Origin: Halogeometricum borinquense DSM 11551 | Lineage (GTDB): Archaea > Halobacteriota > Halobacteria > Halobacteriales > Haloferacaceae | Reading direction: 5' to 3' | Length of the DNA: 32,000 nucleotides | Assembly: GCF_000172995.2 (NCBI RefSeq) | Contig: NC_014729.1 | Location: 2,730,001 to 2,762,000, forward strand | Shown: in pieces, positions 1 through 9,365 of the stretch | How positions within the stretch are numbered: the stretch's first letter is position 1 | Layout: each line of letters opens with the position of its first letter | The notes under the pieces: generated by a model | Databases searched by the model: none | Told to the model about the DNA's origin: nothing | What the model saw: the letters and a program-made list of their open reading frames with translations, nothing else | Translations under genes and position numbers: made by a program

Positions 1-746
1 AAGAGGAAGCCCGCTGCATCGAGCTTCAGACTCTCAAGTTCGCTCTCGACAGAGTCGAGGTCGGACCGAATCTGCTGTTGCTCGTGTTCGAGTTCGCGGA
101 CGTACTCTTGCGGTGAGCCGTCAGCATCGGGAACTTCGAGCGACGTGAAGTCAGCGCCGACGAGCGTATCCGCGAGTGCGGAATCGTCCGCATCGGATGT
201 CGGCCGCGCGAACACGGCCATCGTCCGGTCGCCCGAGAGTATCTCGTAGTCTCCGAGTTGGTCGGCATCGACGACGGCGCGTTCGACGGCATCGCGCTTG
301 CCGTATCCGACGGCGACTTGGAGCGTGTCGTACCCCGACAGGAGATCAAGGTCGATGCCGAGATCTTTGAACGGCGCTATCGTGTCGATACGCTCTTCGA
401 TGTCTCGGAGGTTCTGCCGAAGTTCCTGCCGTTCGTCGTCGAGTTCGTTGACCTGCGTCCGAATCTCTTCGAGTTCCTCCTCCAGCGCGTCGTCGGTGAC
501 GATGCGGGTCGGGCCCGCGTCGTCCTCGTCAACGTCGAGGATGCTCTCAAGCGAGCGGACGGTGACGAGTTTGTCCGAGGCGCTCTCGGCCCCTTCAACG
601 GGGCTGCCCGGGGAGAAACCCTCCCACGAATCGTCGTACTCCGTCACGTGAAGCAGATTCAGATCGTGGACCGTCTCGACGACCGAGTCCATCACGCGCT
701 TGGACCCGGTCACCGAGACCTTACTCATCTGTTCAGGTCTGAGCAT
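1..746 (-). CDS. atpI: A-type (V-type) ATP synthase subunit I, N-terminal 248 codons; the gene continues beyond the left edge
   Basis: I hand-translated the minus strand from ATG 746-744 down to position 3 and found no stop. It reads MLRPEQMSKVSVTGSKRVMDSVVETVHDLNLLHVTEYDDSWEGF..., the N-terminus I recall for haloarchaeal AtpI. It overlaps the atpH stop by 14 nt and is missing from the ORF track because it is open at the window edge. Confidence 0.9.
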   Translation of the reverse strand, partial: MLRPEQMSKVSVTGSKRVMDSVVETVHDLNLLHVTEYDDSWEGFSPGSPVEGAESASDKLVTVRSLESILDVDEDDAGPTRIVTDDALEEELEEIRTQVNELDDERQELRQNLRDIEERIDTIAPFKDLGIDLDLLSGYDTLQVAVGYGKRDAVERAVVDADQLGDYEILSGDRTMAVFARPTSDADDSALADTLVGADFTSLEVPDADGSPQEYVRELEHEQQQIRSDLDSVESELESLKLDAAGFL

Positions 747-1065
747 GCACCGCCTCCTCGAACTGGTCGATTGCATACTCGACCGCTTCCTCCGTGTTTT
801 CTTCGGCGTCTCTGATGAGGCGCTTTCGGGTCTCCTCGCCTTCGTTCAGAATCGTCTCTCGCTCCGCTTCGATCTCCTTGCGAGCCTCCGCGAGACGCTC
901 AGACTCGTATTCTTTAGCCTCCTCCTCGGCTTGTTGACGGATTTCTTCGGCCTTTCGTCGCGCGTCCGCGATTCGCTCCTCGCGGTCGGTTTCAGCATCG
1001 GCGACGATGTCGTCGGCGTCGGACTCGGCCGTTTTGATCCGTTCGAGAACCTCTGGTCTCGGCAT
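733..1065 (-). CDS. atpH: A-type ATP synthase subunit H
   Basis: Internal ATG of track ORF 733..1239 (MPRPEVLERIKTAESDADDIVADAE...). It is a 110-aa Glu/Ala/Arg-rich coiled-coil protein directly upstream of atpI, as in the haloarchaeal atpHIKECFABD order. The part of the ORF upstream of this ATG is basic and looks non-coding. Confidence 0.85.
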   Translation of the reverse strand: MPRPEVLERIKTAESDADDIVADAETDREERIADARRKAEEIRQQAEEEAKEYESERLAEARKEIEAERETILNEGEETRKRLIRDAEENTEEAVEYAIDQFEEAVHAQT

Positions 1066-1219
1066 ACTCGTATCACCGAAACGTTGCACTACCTGCGTAT
1101 AAGGTGTTTGCGGAAACCTCCCGCGACATCGATACTGTCCCCCGACAGGAAACGGACCCGATAAACCGCGGCGAGGAGAATCCGCACGGTTATCACCGAC
1201 GGGTTCTAACTCCGAACCC

Positions 1220-1882
1220 ATGGGAGTCCTCGAGAACAAGTCACGGGCGCGGCTGTTCTACAAGTATCTCTCGAAGGTGTACGACCAGATCAACCCTTAC
1301 ATCTGGAACGAGGAGATGCGCGACGACGCGCTGGAACTCCTCGGAATCCAGCCCGACGACCGCGTTCTCGACGTTGGTTGTGGGACCGGCTTCGCCACAG
1401 AGGGCCTCCTTCGTTACTCCGACGACGTACACGCGCTCGACCAGAGCATTCATCAGATGCAGAAAGCGTTCGGAAAGTTCGGCAAGAACGACGAGGTTCG
1501 CTTCTACCGGGGCGACGCCGAACGGCTTCCGTTCGCCGACAACTCGTTCGATGTAATCTGGTCTTCGGGTTCTATCGAGTACTGGCCGAACCCTGTAGAC
1601 GCGCTCGAAGAGTTCCGACGCGTCGTCAAACCCGGTCGTCGCGTTCTCGTCGTCGGTCCCGACTATCCGGAGAGCGGCCTGTTCCAACGCGTTGCCGACG
1701 CAATCATGCTGTTCTACGACGAACACGAGGCTCAGCGGATGTTCGAGGAAGCGGGCTTCGTAGACATCGAACATCACATCCAGCAGGCCTACCCCGGCAG
1801 TCCGAAAGCGATCACAACTATCGCGCGGGCGCCCGAGCGTGACGACGCCGACGACGAGGCGGCTATCGAAGCCGACACCTAG
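1220..1882 (+). CDS. Class I SAM-dependent methyltransferase (UbiE/COQ5-like, MPBQ/MSBQ-type)
   Basis: ATG start. Contains motif I VLDVGCGTGFATE, a post-I acidic residue, and FDVIWSSGSIEYWPNP plus LKPGRRVLVVGP-type motifs. C-terminal tail is acidic. Confidence 0.85.
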   Translation: MGVLENKSRARLFYKYLSKVYDQINPYIWNEEMRDDALELLGIQPDDRVLDVGCGTGFATEGLLRYSDDVHALDQSIHQMQKAFGKFGKNDEVRFYRGDAERLPFADNSFDVIWSSGSIEYWPNPVDALEEFRRVVKPGRRVLVVGPDYPESGLFQRVADAIMLFYDEHEAQRMFEEAGFVDIEHHIQQAYPGSPKAITTIARAPERDDADDEAAIEADT

Positions 1883-1899
1883 TCCGGCAGACACACTCC

Positions 1900-2400
1900 T
1901 TAATCGCGGTCGGCAGACGCTGTCAACGTCGCCAGCGGCCGCGACGAACCGATCCGATAGATCTGGACCGTGACAGTCCCACCGGGTTCGGGTTGCGGAT
2001 CGTTCGTCCCGGCAATGACGACAGATCCGGTTTCACCTGCCGACCACACGCCGTCACTCCCGACGTTGAATGGACCCGTCGGTCCCGGCCGAAAGCCACG
2101 TGCGGAGAAGAAGGGTACTGGCGGCTGGAAGGCCAATGGGTCGCCAGCAACCAGGATATGGATCCGGAGATCAGCGACCTGTATTGGCGGCCCTCGCTCG
2201 TGCGTCACCGCGACCTGGTTGCCCGTCACGGTTAGGGAGAACGCAACCGGATCAGCCGCGGACGGCAACGAAGCAGTGTCGCGGGGCGAGAACTCCGACG
2301 CGACGGTCCCACTTGCCGCCGCGACGACAGTTGCCGCCACGAGGACAAGCCCCACGAGGACAAGCGTTCCGACGACTGGTGAGAGTGCCCGGTCGGTCAC
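1900..2400 (-). CDS. Archaeal type IV pilin-like protein (class III signal peptide, DUF1628-type N-terminus)
   Basis: GTG start. The N-terminus (M)TDRALSPVVGTLVLVGLVLVAATVVAA matches the archaeal prepilin/flagellin-like signal (charged, then R-A/G, then a hydrophobic helix). It lies 64 nt downstream of, and co-directional with, the 451-aa secreted protein gene. Confidence 0.7.
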   Translation of the reverse strand: MTDRALSPVVGTLVLVGLVLVAATVVAAASGTVASEFSPRDTASLPSAADPVAFSLTVTGNQVAVTHERGPPIQVADLRIHILVAGDPLAFQPPVPFFSARGFRPGPTGPFNVGSDGVWSAGETGSVVIAGTNDPQPEPGGTVTVQIYRIGSSRPLATLTASADRD

Positions 2401-2464
2401 GATGAACCGTGGTCCCGTCTTCGGACAAGAAGGTACGGTCCCAGAAGTCCTGTCTGTAGACCGT

Positions 2465-3820
2465 TTAGGCAGGCACGGGAACCGCAGAGGCGTTTCCAGT
2501 TTGCGTCTGGTTTCCGTTTACAAACGGTGGGTTCCCGGGTTCCACCGTGAGAAGAACTACCGAGTTGCCCTTGATAGCGGTCACCTGATACGCTTGGCCG
2601 GGAGCCATCGTCCACAACGACCCGTCGGAGCCAGTTTTACCGACAGCAGTACTCCGTTCACCACGCAAACCCACCGTTATCAACGCGTTGACTGGCTCAC
2701 CTGTCTCAGTGTCGTTGAGCGTGAACCGGACAGGGGCACCGGAATACGTTTGATGAGCGGTGAGTTTGAGACCGTCTTTTACCGCGCTCTGGGTCGATTC
2801 AGGCTCCATCGTGTCGAGCGGACGGTATTGGAACGCCTTGAATACCCTCTGGGAGCCACTATCGACGAACGCGAACAGTCGGCCTCGGTCGTGACGGATG
2901 CGAACAAGAAAACTGTTGTCGTCCGTACCGACAATGTTGGTACCGTTCTGCCGGTACTGGAGTGCGCTAATGTTCGGGTACGCTGCGACAGTAGCATTCA
3001 ACGCTTCGATATCCGACGTAATTCCTGAGCCACGTCGTCGGATATCGCCACGGTACACCTCACGAACGTAGATATCTCGTCGGATTGTACTGAGAACGAT
3101 GCTTTCCGGTCCCGTTTGGACAAAAAAGCGCGTAGATTCAGCTTTGCCCGTCAGTACGTCACCCACGTGCTGGCGAACCGGGCCGGTGAACGTGTCTAGT
3201 TCGCGTTCAACCGAGGCGGTACGGGAGTCCACCGAGAAGTCCGATACCGATTTGGATATCTCTTGAATCCGGTCACTCCGGTCTTCGAACGCTCTCGCAT
3301 GCATGTCGATGATAGCTAACCGGATGAGGAGCGTACGGGAGTCAATTTTTCCCTCACCGTACGCCTGGAGCGTCGTCTCTTGGCGCGCTCGGAGCGAGAT
3401 AGCCGCTTGTTCGATAGTAGTCAGTTCCTGCAGTATCAGCTGCTGTCGGCGGTCCGGGGATTCAGTCGACTTAATGCGGTCAATAGCGGCGAGCGTCTTG
3501 ATCTGCATCTTCGTCTCGTTGTCGTCCAGCGTAAGCGCCGGACCCAACTCGACAGTCCGCGTCACCAGTGAACTCCGGTCAACTTGGGCGGACGGAATCC
3601 CGAGAACACGGATAGACGCGTTCCTCGCGGTTTGGTTATTTACGGAAGCACCACTTGGACGCTCGGTAGACTGTTGGACCGAATAGGCGTCAGAGACGGG
3701 ATTAATCGTGACATCCGGCGACACTGCGTCGTCCGGAAGTGACGCAGTCCCCGGGATCGCCGCCCCAGCGACAGCAGAGAGCACGAGGACAACGGCGAAC
3801 ATCGCGGGGAGGGCTCTCAT
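2465..3820 (-). CDS. Secreted protein of unknown function with an Ig-like or carboxypeptidase-regulatory-like C-terminal domain
   Basis: ATG start and signal peptide MRALPAMFAVVLVLSAVAGAA. The C-terminus reads FTLNDTETGEPVNALITVG...GKTGSDGSLW, typical of CarboxypepD_reg-like beta-sandwiches. Several N-x-S/T sequons. Only a family-level guess. Confidence 0.65.
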   Translation of the reverse strand: MRALPAMFAVVLVLSAVAGAAIPGTASLPDDAVSPDVTINPVSDAYSVQQSTERPSGASVNNQTARNASIRVLGIPSAQVDRSSLVTRTVELGPALTLDDNETKMQIKTLAAIDRIKSTESPDRRQQLILQELTTIEQAAISLRARQETTLQAYGEGKIDSRTLLIRLAIIDMHARAFEDRSDRIQEISKSVSDFSVDSRTASVERELDTFTGPVRQHVGDVLTGKAESTRFFVQTGPESIVLSTIRRDIYVREVYRGDIRRRGSGITSDIEALNATVAAYPNISALQYRQNGTNIVGTDDNSFLVRIRHDRGRLFAFVDSGSQRVFKAFQYRPLDTMEPESTQSAVKDGLKLTAHQTYSGAPVRFTLNDTETGEPVNALITVGLRGERSTAVGKTGSDGSLWTMAPGQAYQVTAIKGNSVVLLTVEPGNPPFVNGNQTQTGNASAVPVPA

Positions 3821-3937
3821 AAGCAGTTAATGAGTAGAGGAGTACAAAAAACGTCGTTATTTGCTCGGAATCAGAGTAGTTGCACGTGTGCGTACGATGG
3901 AAAGCATTTTCAGCACTGCACGTAGAAGTTTCAGCAA

Positions 3938-5122
3938 ATGCGGACACCCGCGTTGGTTGTGGCCCTCCTCCTCGTGTTCTCAGGTGTCATCCCCGCCGCT
4001 GTGTCCGCGGGGACCACCGATAGCGATGCGTTTCATATCTCCGAACCGGACACAGTGAGTCCGGCGCAGTTAGACGACGCACTCAGCGATCAGCCTCGTA
4101 CCGAAATACGAGTCGCACTCCAAGATAACGGCGACGCGAAATGGCGGGTCGAAGTCCGATACACCCTCGACGCGCCGAACGAGACAGCGGCCTTCGAACG
4201 CCTCGGGCAGGCGTACGAGAACCGCACTACGGATGCTGGCGTCGATGCCGACCTGTTCCGTCGAATCGCGGACCGAGCAAGCGAATCGACCGGTCGGGAA
4301 ATGCGAATTCGGAACGCAACGTACGAGTACAGCCTCGATAGAGAGGCTGAGACAGGAACACTAGCTGTCGAATTTAGGTGGACGAACTTCCTGCGTAAAA
4401 CGGAGGACGGCGGCCTCGCGTTGGACGATGTGTTCGTTCTCCCGAGCGTAGAGTCCGAGGAGTCACGGACGTGGCTCTCGCTGTTGGGAAGTGATCAGCA
4501 GCTCGTCATCGAAACGCCACCGGGGTACGGGACGAACAACACAAGTATCCCAGTGAAACCACAGAAAAACGGCATAGTCATCGACGGTCCATCGACGTTC
4601 GAAGGTGGAGATCGTCTAGTCGTTACCTACTACCGATCGACGGAAAAGATCCAGGAGATTCCGTGGGACCTCGTTGTGGGCGGTGGCATTCTCGCCGCTC
4701 TGCTTATCGTTGTCGCAGCGGTTATCCTGCGCTGGCGGTCCGATTCCGGACGAAAGGATGGCCCGGAGACACATGGTCCACCATCGGAAACAGACAGCGG
4801 AGCGACAAACGGTGGTGTCAGTACATCGACGCCAGCTACTTCGGACGACGTGCCGTCCGAGCGACCAGTCGAAGACGCTGCCGAAGCAGAGGAAGACGAG
4901 GTTGACCTCTCCCTGCTCTCGGACGAAGAGCGGGTCGAGTACCTCCTCGAAGAGAGCGGTGGACGGATGAAGCAGGCGAACATCGTCAAAGAGACCGGCT
5001 GGTCCGACGCCAAGGTGTCCCAACTGCTCTCATCGATGGCGGACGAGGGACGAGTGGACAAACTCCGCCTCGGCCGCGAGAACCTCATCTCCCTCCCCGG
5101 CGAGGACGAAAACGAGGAGTGA
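3938..5122 (+). CDS. Membrane-anchored protein with signal peptide, extracellular domain, one TM helix, acidic linker and a cytoplasmic winged-HTH domain
   Basis: Contains MRTPALVVALLLVFSGVIPAAVSA, the TM helix VVGGGILAALLIVVAAVILRW, and the C-terminus EERVEYLLEESGGRMKQANIVKETGWSDAKVSQLLSSMADEGRVDKLRLGRENLISL (MarR/TrmB-like wHTH). Divergent from the secreted-protein/pilin-like operon. Confidence 0.75.
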   Translation: MRTPALVVALLLVFSGVIPAAVSAGTTDSDAFHISEPDTVSPAQLDDALSDQPRTEIRVALQDNGDAKWRVEVRYTLDAPNETAAFERLGQAYENRTTDAGVDADLFRRIADRASESTGREMRIRNATYEYSLDREAETGTLAVEFRWTNFLRKTEDGGLALDDVFVLPSVESEESRTWLSLLGSDQQLVIETPPGYGTNNTSIPVKPQKNGIVIDGPSTFEGGDRLVVTYYRSTEKIQEIPWDLVVGGGILAALLIVVAAVILRWRSDSGRKDGPETHGPPSETDSGATNGGVSTSTPATSDDVPSERPVEDAAEAEEDEVDLSLLSDEERVEYLLEESGGRMKQANIVKETGWSDAKVSQLLSSMADEGRVDKLRLGRENLISLPGEDENEE

Positions 5123-5199
5123 GTGGCGCGGGACAAAAATCCGGGTCGGATGAAGCGGGGTTTCCGAAAAGATTTACCGGTACCTGTGGGTAGTGGTCG

Positions 5200-6006
5200 A
5201 TGATGAAGGTTCTCGTGACCGTAAAAGAGGTCGCAGAAGTCGAAGACGACTTCGAGATAGACGGCCTCGACGTCGACCCGCGGTACCTCGAGTACGACCT
5301 GAACGAGTGGGACGAGTACGCCGTTGAGACGGCGGTCCAACTCGCTGAAGCGTCCGACGAGGACGTCGAAGTCGTCTCCGCAACGATCGGCCCGGAGCGG
5401 AGCGAGGAGACCATCCGCATGGCGCTCGCGAAAGGCGTTGACCGCGCGGTCCGCGTGTGGGACGACGACGTGGAGGCCGCCGAGTTCCTCGACGTGGACT
5501 CGAAAGTCCGCCTCCTCGAAGCCGTCGTCGAAGAAGAAGACCCGGATATCGTCCTCACGGGCGTCCAAGCCCACGACACCGGATTCGGTGCGACGGGTGT
5601 CGCCCTCGCAGACGCCATCGACTTCGAGTGGGGTGCCGTCGTAAACGACCTCGATACCGAGGGCGTCCTCGAAGACGGTGTGGCGCGTGTCCACCGCGAA
5701 CTCGAAGGCGGCGTAGAGGAGCTCACCGAGATCGACCTGCCCGCCGTGTTGACCATCCAGACCGGTATCAACGAACCGCGCTACGCTAGCCTCCGCGGTA
5801 TCCGGCAGGCGCAGTCGAAAGAAATCGCCCCGAAAACGCTCTCCGACCTCGGTCTCGACCACACCGCCGTCGAGAGCGAACTGTTCTTGACCGATATGTA
5901 CGAACCCGAGACGGAATCCGACGCAACGTACTTCGAGGGTGACGCAGGAGAGCAAGCCACCCAACTTGCGACGGCCCTGCGCGAGAAGGGGGTGGGTGCG
6001 GAATGA
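5200..6006 (+). CDS. etfB: Electron transfer flavoprotein, beta subunit
   Basis: MMKVLVTVKEVAEVEDDFEI...EYDLNEWDEYAVETAVQL...LTGVQAHDTGFGATG is the typical EtfB pattern. It overlaps the etfA start by 4 nt. Confidence 0.9.
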   Translation: MMKVLVTVKEVAEVEDDFEIDGLDVDPRYLEYDLNEWDEYAVETAVQLAEASDEDVEVVSATIGPERSEETIRMALAKGVDRAVRVWDDDVEAAEFLDVDSKVRLLEAVVEEEDPDIVLTGVQAHDTGFGATGVALADAIDFEWGAVVNDLDTEGVLEDGVARVHRELEGGVEELTEIDLPAVLTIQTGINEPRYASLRGIRQAQSKEIAPKTLSDLGLDHTAVESELFLTDMYEPETESDATYFEGDAGEQATQLATALREKGVGAE

Positions 6007-6956
6007 GCGATATTCTCGCTGTCGCCGAACACCGCCGCGGCGACCTCCGCGACGTGAGTTACGAACTCGTGACTGCGGGCCGCGAACTTGCCGAGGCGAC
6101 GGGCGGCGACCTGCACCTCGCGATCATCAGCGGAGACGTGGACACGTTCGCCAGTCATCTGAACCTCGACGGCGTCGATACCATCCACACCGTCGAATAC
6201 GGCGAAGAGTTCAACCACGACGTGTACACGCAGGCGGCGTGCGCCCTCACAGAGGAACTGGATCCCCAGTACGTCTTGACGCCGAACTCCGTGAACGGTC
6301 TCGACTACGCACCCGCAGTGGCGAACCGTCTCGGCCTCCCCGTCGTCTCTGACGCAATCGGCATGGCGTTCGATGGCGGACTGACCGTCACGCGCGAGAT
6401 GTACGGATCGAAAGTCGAGACGACGATCGAAGTCGATTCCGAGCGCGCGGTCGTCACCATCCGCGGCGGCGAGTGGGAACCGACCGAGGCGGACGGCGAC
6501 GCCGACGTAGCGGTCTTCGACTTCACGCCCGACGAATCCGAAATCGGCTCCCGTGTCACCGGATTCGAAGAAGTCGGCGGCGGCGACGTGGACATCACCG
6601 AAGCCGACGTACTCGTCTCCGTCGGACGAGGTATCGAAGAAGAGGAGAACATCGAGCTCGTCGAGCGACTCGCCGACGCCCTCGGTGCGACGCTGTCGTC
6701 CTCGCGCCCCATCGTTGACAACGGCTGGTTACCGAAGAACCGGCAGGTCGGTCAGTCCGGGAAAGTCGTCACGCCGGATGTGTACATCGCCGTCGGGATC
6801 TCCGGTGCGGTACAGCACGTCGCCGGGATGAAAGGCTCCGAAACCATCGTCGCCATCAACACGGACCCGAACGCGCCGATCTTCGACATCGCCGACTACG
6901 GCGTCGTCGGCGACCTGTTCGACGTCGTTCCGGAACTCATCGACGAGTTCCAGTAG
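6003..6956 (+). CDS. etfA: Electron transfer flavoprotein, alpha subunit
   Basis: The C-terminal FAD-binding signature is present: [44 protein letters not shown]...[13 protein letters not shown]. The last 30 nt including the TAG stop belong to the 97-bp tandem repeat. Confidence 0.9.
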   Translation: MSDILAVAEHRRGDLRDVSYELVTAGRELAEATGGDLHLAIISGDVDTFASHLNLDGVDTIHTVEYGEEFNHDVYTQAACALTEELDPQYVLTPNSVNGLDYAPAVANRLGLPVVSDAIGMAFDGGLTVTREMYGSKVETTIEVDSERAVVTIRGGEWEPTEADGDADVAVFDFTPDESEIGSRVTGFEEVGGGDVDITEADVLVSVGRGIEEEENIELVERLADALGATLSSSRPIVDNGWLPKNRQVGQSGKVVTPDVYIAVGISGAVQHVAGMKGSETIVAINTDPNAPIFDIADYGVVGDLFDVVPELIDEFQ

Positions 6957-7247
6957 CGGCTTTTTGGTCCAGATTTTTGCGGACGCGAACCTGTGAGCGT
7001 CCGGAAAAAGGTGGTCGCACGTTGTTCCGGAACTCATCGACGAGTTCCAGTAGCGGCTTTTTGGTCCAGATTTTTGCGGACGCGAACCTGTGAGCGTCCG
7101 GAAAAAGGTGGTCGCACGTTGTTCCGGAACTCATCGACGAGTTCCAGTAGCGGCTTTTTGGTCCAGATTTTTGCGGACGCGAACCTGTGAGCGTCCGGAA
7201 AAAGGTGGTCGCACGTTGTTCCGGAACGCATCGACGAGTTCCAGGAG
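6927..7247. repeat. 97-bp tandem repeat: three identical copies (6927-7023, 7024-7120, 7121-7217) plus a diverged partial fourth copy (7218-~7247)
   Basis: Read directly from the sequence. Each unit is the last 30 nt of etfA (gttccggaactcatcgacgagttccagtag) followed by a 67-nt core (cggctttttggtccagatttttgcggacgcgaacctgtgagcgtccggaaaaaggtggtcgcacgtt). The fourth copy has t->g at 7228, and TAG->GAG at 7245. Confidence 0.95.
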
Positions 7248-7315
7248 ACGAAATCGAGTGGTGAGAACGCACCGTTTCGGAACCTCTTTTGTCGCTGCAT
7301 CCTGAGCCACGGGTA

Positions 7316-8158
7316 ATGGAGTATCTGGAGCGTCGGGTGTCGATGGTCGATGACCGCCTCGAAGCGGTCATCGACGCGGTTGATCCACCCGAACTGTCGG
7401 ACGAACTCGCCCACGTGGCGCTCGCAGGCGGTAAGCGCGTCCGCCCAGCGGTGACGATTCTCTCCTGCGAAGCCTGCGGCGGCGACGCCGACGCAGCGGT
7501 TGACTTCGCCGTCGCCATCGAGTTGGTCCACAACGCCTCGTTGGTTATCGACGACATCATCGACCGATCGGACATCCGTCGTGGAACGCCGAGCGCGTGG
7601 GCAGAGTACGGGTACGGACCCTCCATCATCGCCTCGGACGGCCTCCTCGGCGAGGCGTTCGCACTCCTGTCAGTTGACGACCACGCGATGCAGATTGTCG
7701 CGGAGTCGATGGTCGAACTCGGTGAGGGGGAGGCGACGGAGTTGGTTGCACGGCCGACGAACGAAGCCGAGTACATGGAACTTGCCCGACGGAAGACGGG
7801 CGCACTGTTCCGTGCAGCAGCAGAACTCGGAGCCGTTGCCGCCGATGCCGACCCGTTTACGGTTGAAGCGTTCGGCGAGTACGCAGAACGCGTCGGCGTC
7901 GCCTTCCAGATACGCGACGACGTGCTGGATGCGACCGCCGACGCCGACGAACTGGGCAAACCAACCGGGCAGGACGAACAGATGGACCGCCCGTCAGTGG
8001 TGCAGGTGACGGACCTGACGCCTGTCGAAGCGAACCAGCGTGCGCGAGAGCAATCGGATAAAGCACTCGACGCACTCGATACCGCGAAGTTGTCGGAAAC
8101 GGACTCGCTCGGCTACCTCCGTGACCTCGCGGAGTTCGTGGTCGTCCGCGAACGCTGA
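7316..8158 (+). CDS. idsA: Polyprenyl (geranylgeranyl/farnesylgeranyl) diphosphate synthase
   Basis: Internal ATG (MEYLERRV...). First Asp-rich motif LVIDDIIDRSDIRRG and second motif FQIRDDVLD. The symbol is family-level only, and chain length cannot be read from the sequence. Confidence 0.88.
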   Translation: MEYLERRVSMVDDRLEAVIDAVDPPELSDELAHVALAGGKRVRPAVTILSCEACGGDADAAVDFAVAIELVHNASLVIDDIIDRSDIRRGTPSAWAEYGYGPSIIASDGLLGEAFALLSVDDHAMQIVAESMVELGEGEATELVARPTNEAEYMELARRKTGALFRAAAELGAVAADADPFTVEAFGEYAERVGVAFQIRDDVLDATADADELGKPTGQDEQMDRPSVVQVTDLTPVEANQRAREQSDKALDALDTAKLSETDSLGYLRDLAEFVVVRER

Positions 8159-8189
8159 ACCGCCCGATAGACGCTAGGAGTCTTGTTTC

Positions 8190-9332
8190 TCATCCTCGCG
8201 TCGGTTCGACGCCCGTCGGAAACCAAGACTCAGCGATAGCGAACGCGAGCGTGCTTAACACGCCGAGAAGCGTCCCGACCGTGAGGCCGACAGCCAAGTC
8301 GGTGAGCGAGAACGGTTGGACGCCGGGGACGCCCGCAACGCCGTTGACGTTGAGGAAAAAGCCCGAAACAACGTAGAGCACGATGGCGATGGCGGCGACG
8401 TAGAACGGGGCGTTGAGATAGCGCCACTTGAAGCGGTCGGCGAGGTACTCGTCAGTTATCTGTCCGAGGCTGGAGGTCACGCCCGCAGCGGCGAACCACT
8501 GGACTGCTCCGTGAACGAGTGCAGCGAGGATCAACGGCGGTGTCGGATCCGTGGCCACCGTGGCTTGGATGGCCTCCAAGAGCGCGACGCCGCGGAACCC
8601 ACCGACGGCCATCAACGCCAACGCGGCAACGTAGGTGATGAGCGTGACACGACCTTCATAGAGGATGTCGCGGCCGCGACTCACAGCGTCGTCTACGACC
8701 GTTTCCAGTCCGAGACCGCGGAACAGCGTGTACAGACCGAGAAGTGCAGAGACGAGACCCAAGACGGCCGCTCCGGGCACGTTAAAGCGGTTGGCGATCG
8801 TGAGAAACGGGTAGATAAGGAGCAGAATACCGAGCGGGACGAGGATGGTCCCACGAGTCTCGGGGTCTGCGAGGACCTGCTTCATCGTGTAGTAGATCGA
8901 TTCGAGGTCCTGTGCCTGCCTGACGACGACACGGCGGACACTATCGATGGGGACGCGGGACCGAATGACCGGGAGAACGGATTCGTCCTGTGCGCCGTCG
9001 GTGATGACGATTGCGCTCACGTTCTCACCGGTCGAGAGGCCAGCGAGGACGCGGTCGATCTCCTCACCGATGGCGCGGTTCGCCTTCACGTCGCTCCCCT
9101 GCGTGCCGGTGACGGCGGCGACTTCCACCTGTTCGTCAACCTCCGCGTCGGCGACGAGGGAGTCGTGTTCGTGAATACCCTGAAACAAGACGTTCGAGTC
9201 GGAGTCCTCCGGGTCGGCAGTGGCAAGTGCCACCGCGGCGGCTTCGACGCTATCTCGGCCGACGACAGGCGTGTCGAATCGTGTCTTTCGGCCGAGGTCG
9301 TCGTCAAGGTCGATGCAGAGGACCAACAGCAT
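8190..9332 (-). CDS. DUF373-family integral membrane protein
   Basis: ATG start. The N-terminal soluble domain reads MLLVLCIDLDDDLGRKT...VVGRD...AIVITDGAQDE and is followed by about six TM helices. This matches my recollection of archaeal DUF373. Confidence 0.75.
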   Translation of the reverse strand: MLLVLCIDLDDDLGRKTRFDTPVVGRDSVEAAAVALATADPEDSDSNVLFQGIHEHDSLVADAEVDEQVEVAAVTGTQGSDVKANRAIGEEIDRVLAGLSTGENVSAIVITDGAQDESVLPVIRSRVPIDSVRRVVVRQAQDLESIYYTMKQVLADPETRGTILVPLGILLLIYPFLTIANRFNVPGAAVLGLVSALLGLYTLFRGLGLETVVDDAVSRGRDILYEGRVTLITYVAALALMAVGGFRGVALLEAIQATVATDPTPPLILAALVHGAVQWFAAAGVTSSLGQITDEYLADRFKWRYLNAPFYVAAIAIVLYVVSGFFLNVNGVAGVPGVQPFSLTDLAVGLTVGTLLGVLSTLAFAIAESWFPTGVEPTRG

Positions 9333-9355
9333 CGTCCGACCGTATGCCGTCGGAC

Positions 9356-9362
9356 TATATTT
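9356..9362 (-). promoter_or_regulatory. TATA-like box for the DUF373 gene
   Basis: The plus strand reads tatattt, 24-30 nt upstream of ATG 9332. This is the spacing expected for a leaderless haloarchaeal mRNA. Confidence 0.35.
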
Positions 9363-9365
9363 GTT

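Noticed and set aside
258-815. 185-aa plus-strand ORF (with nested ORFs 176..370 and 298..651) at the left edge
   Set aside because: It lies antisense to an uninterrupted minus-strand frame that translates into a textbook AtpI N-terminus. The plus-strand product is Arg-rich and basic, unlike the acidic proteome here.
4630-5964. 444-aa minus-strand ORF spanning the wHTH gene end and etfB
   Set aside because: It is an antisense shadow ORF typical of GC-rich genomes, with low-complexity Arg/Ser/Gly/Val composition. It overlaps two well-supported plus-strand genes.
6927-7247. A repeat / 67-nt spacer / repeat layout that a CRISPR finder might report as a mini-array (30-bp repeats, 3-4 units)
   Set aside because: All the spacers are identical, so this is a plain tandem duplication. 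The repeat is the coding 3' end of etfA, and there are no cas genes or leader in the window.
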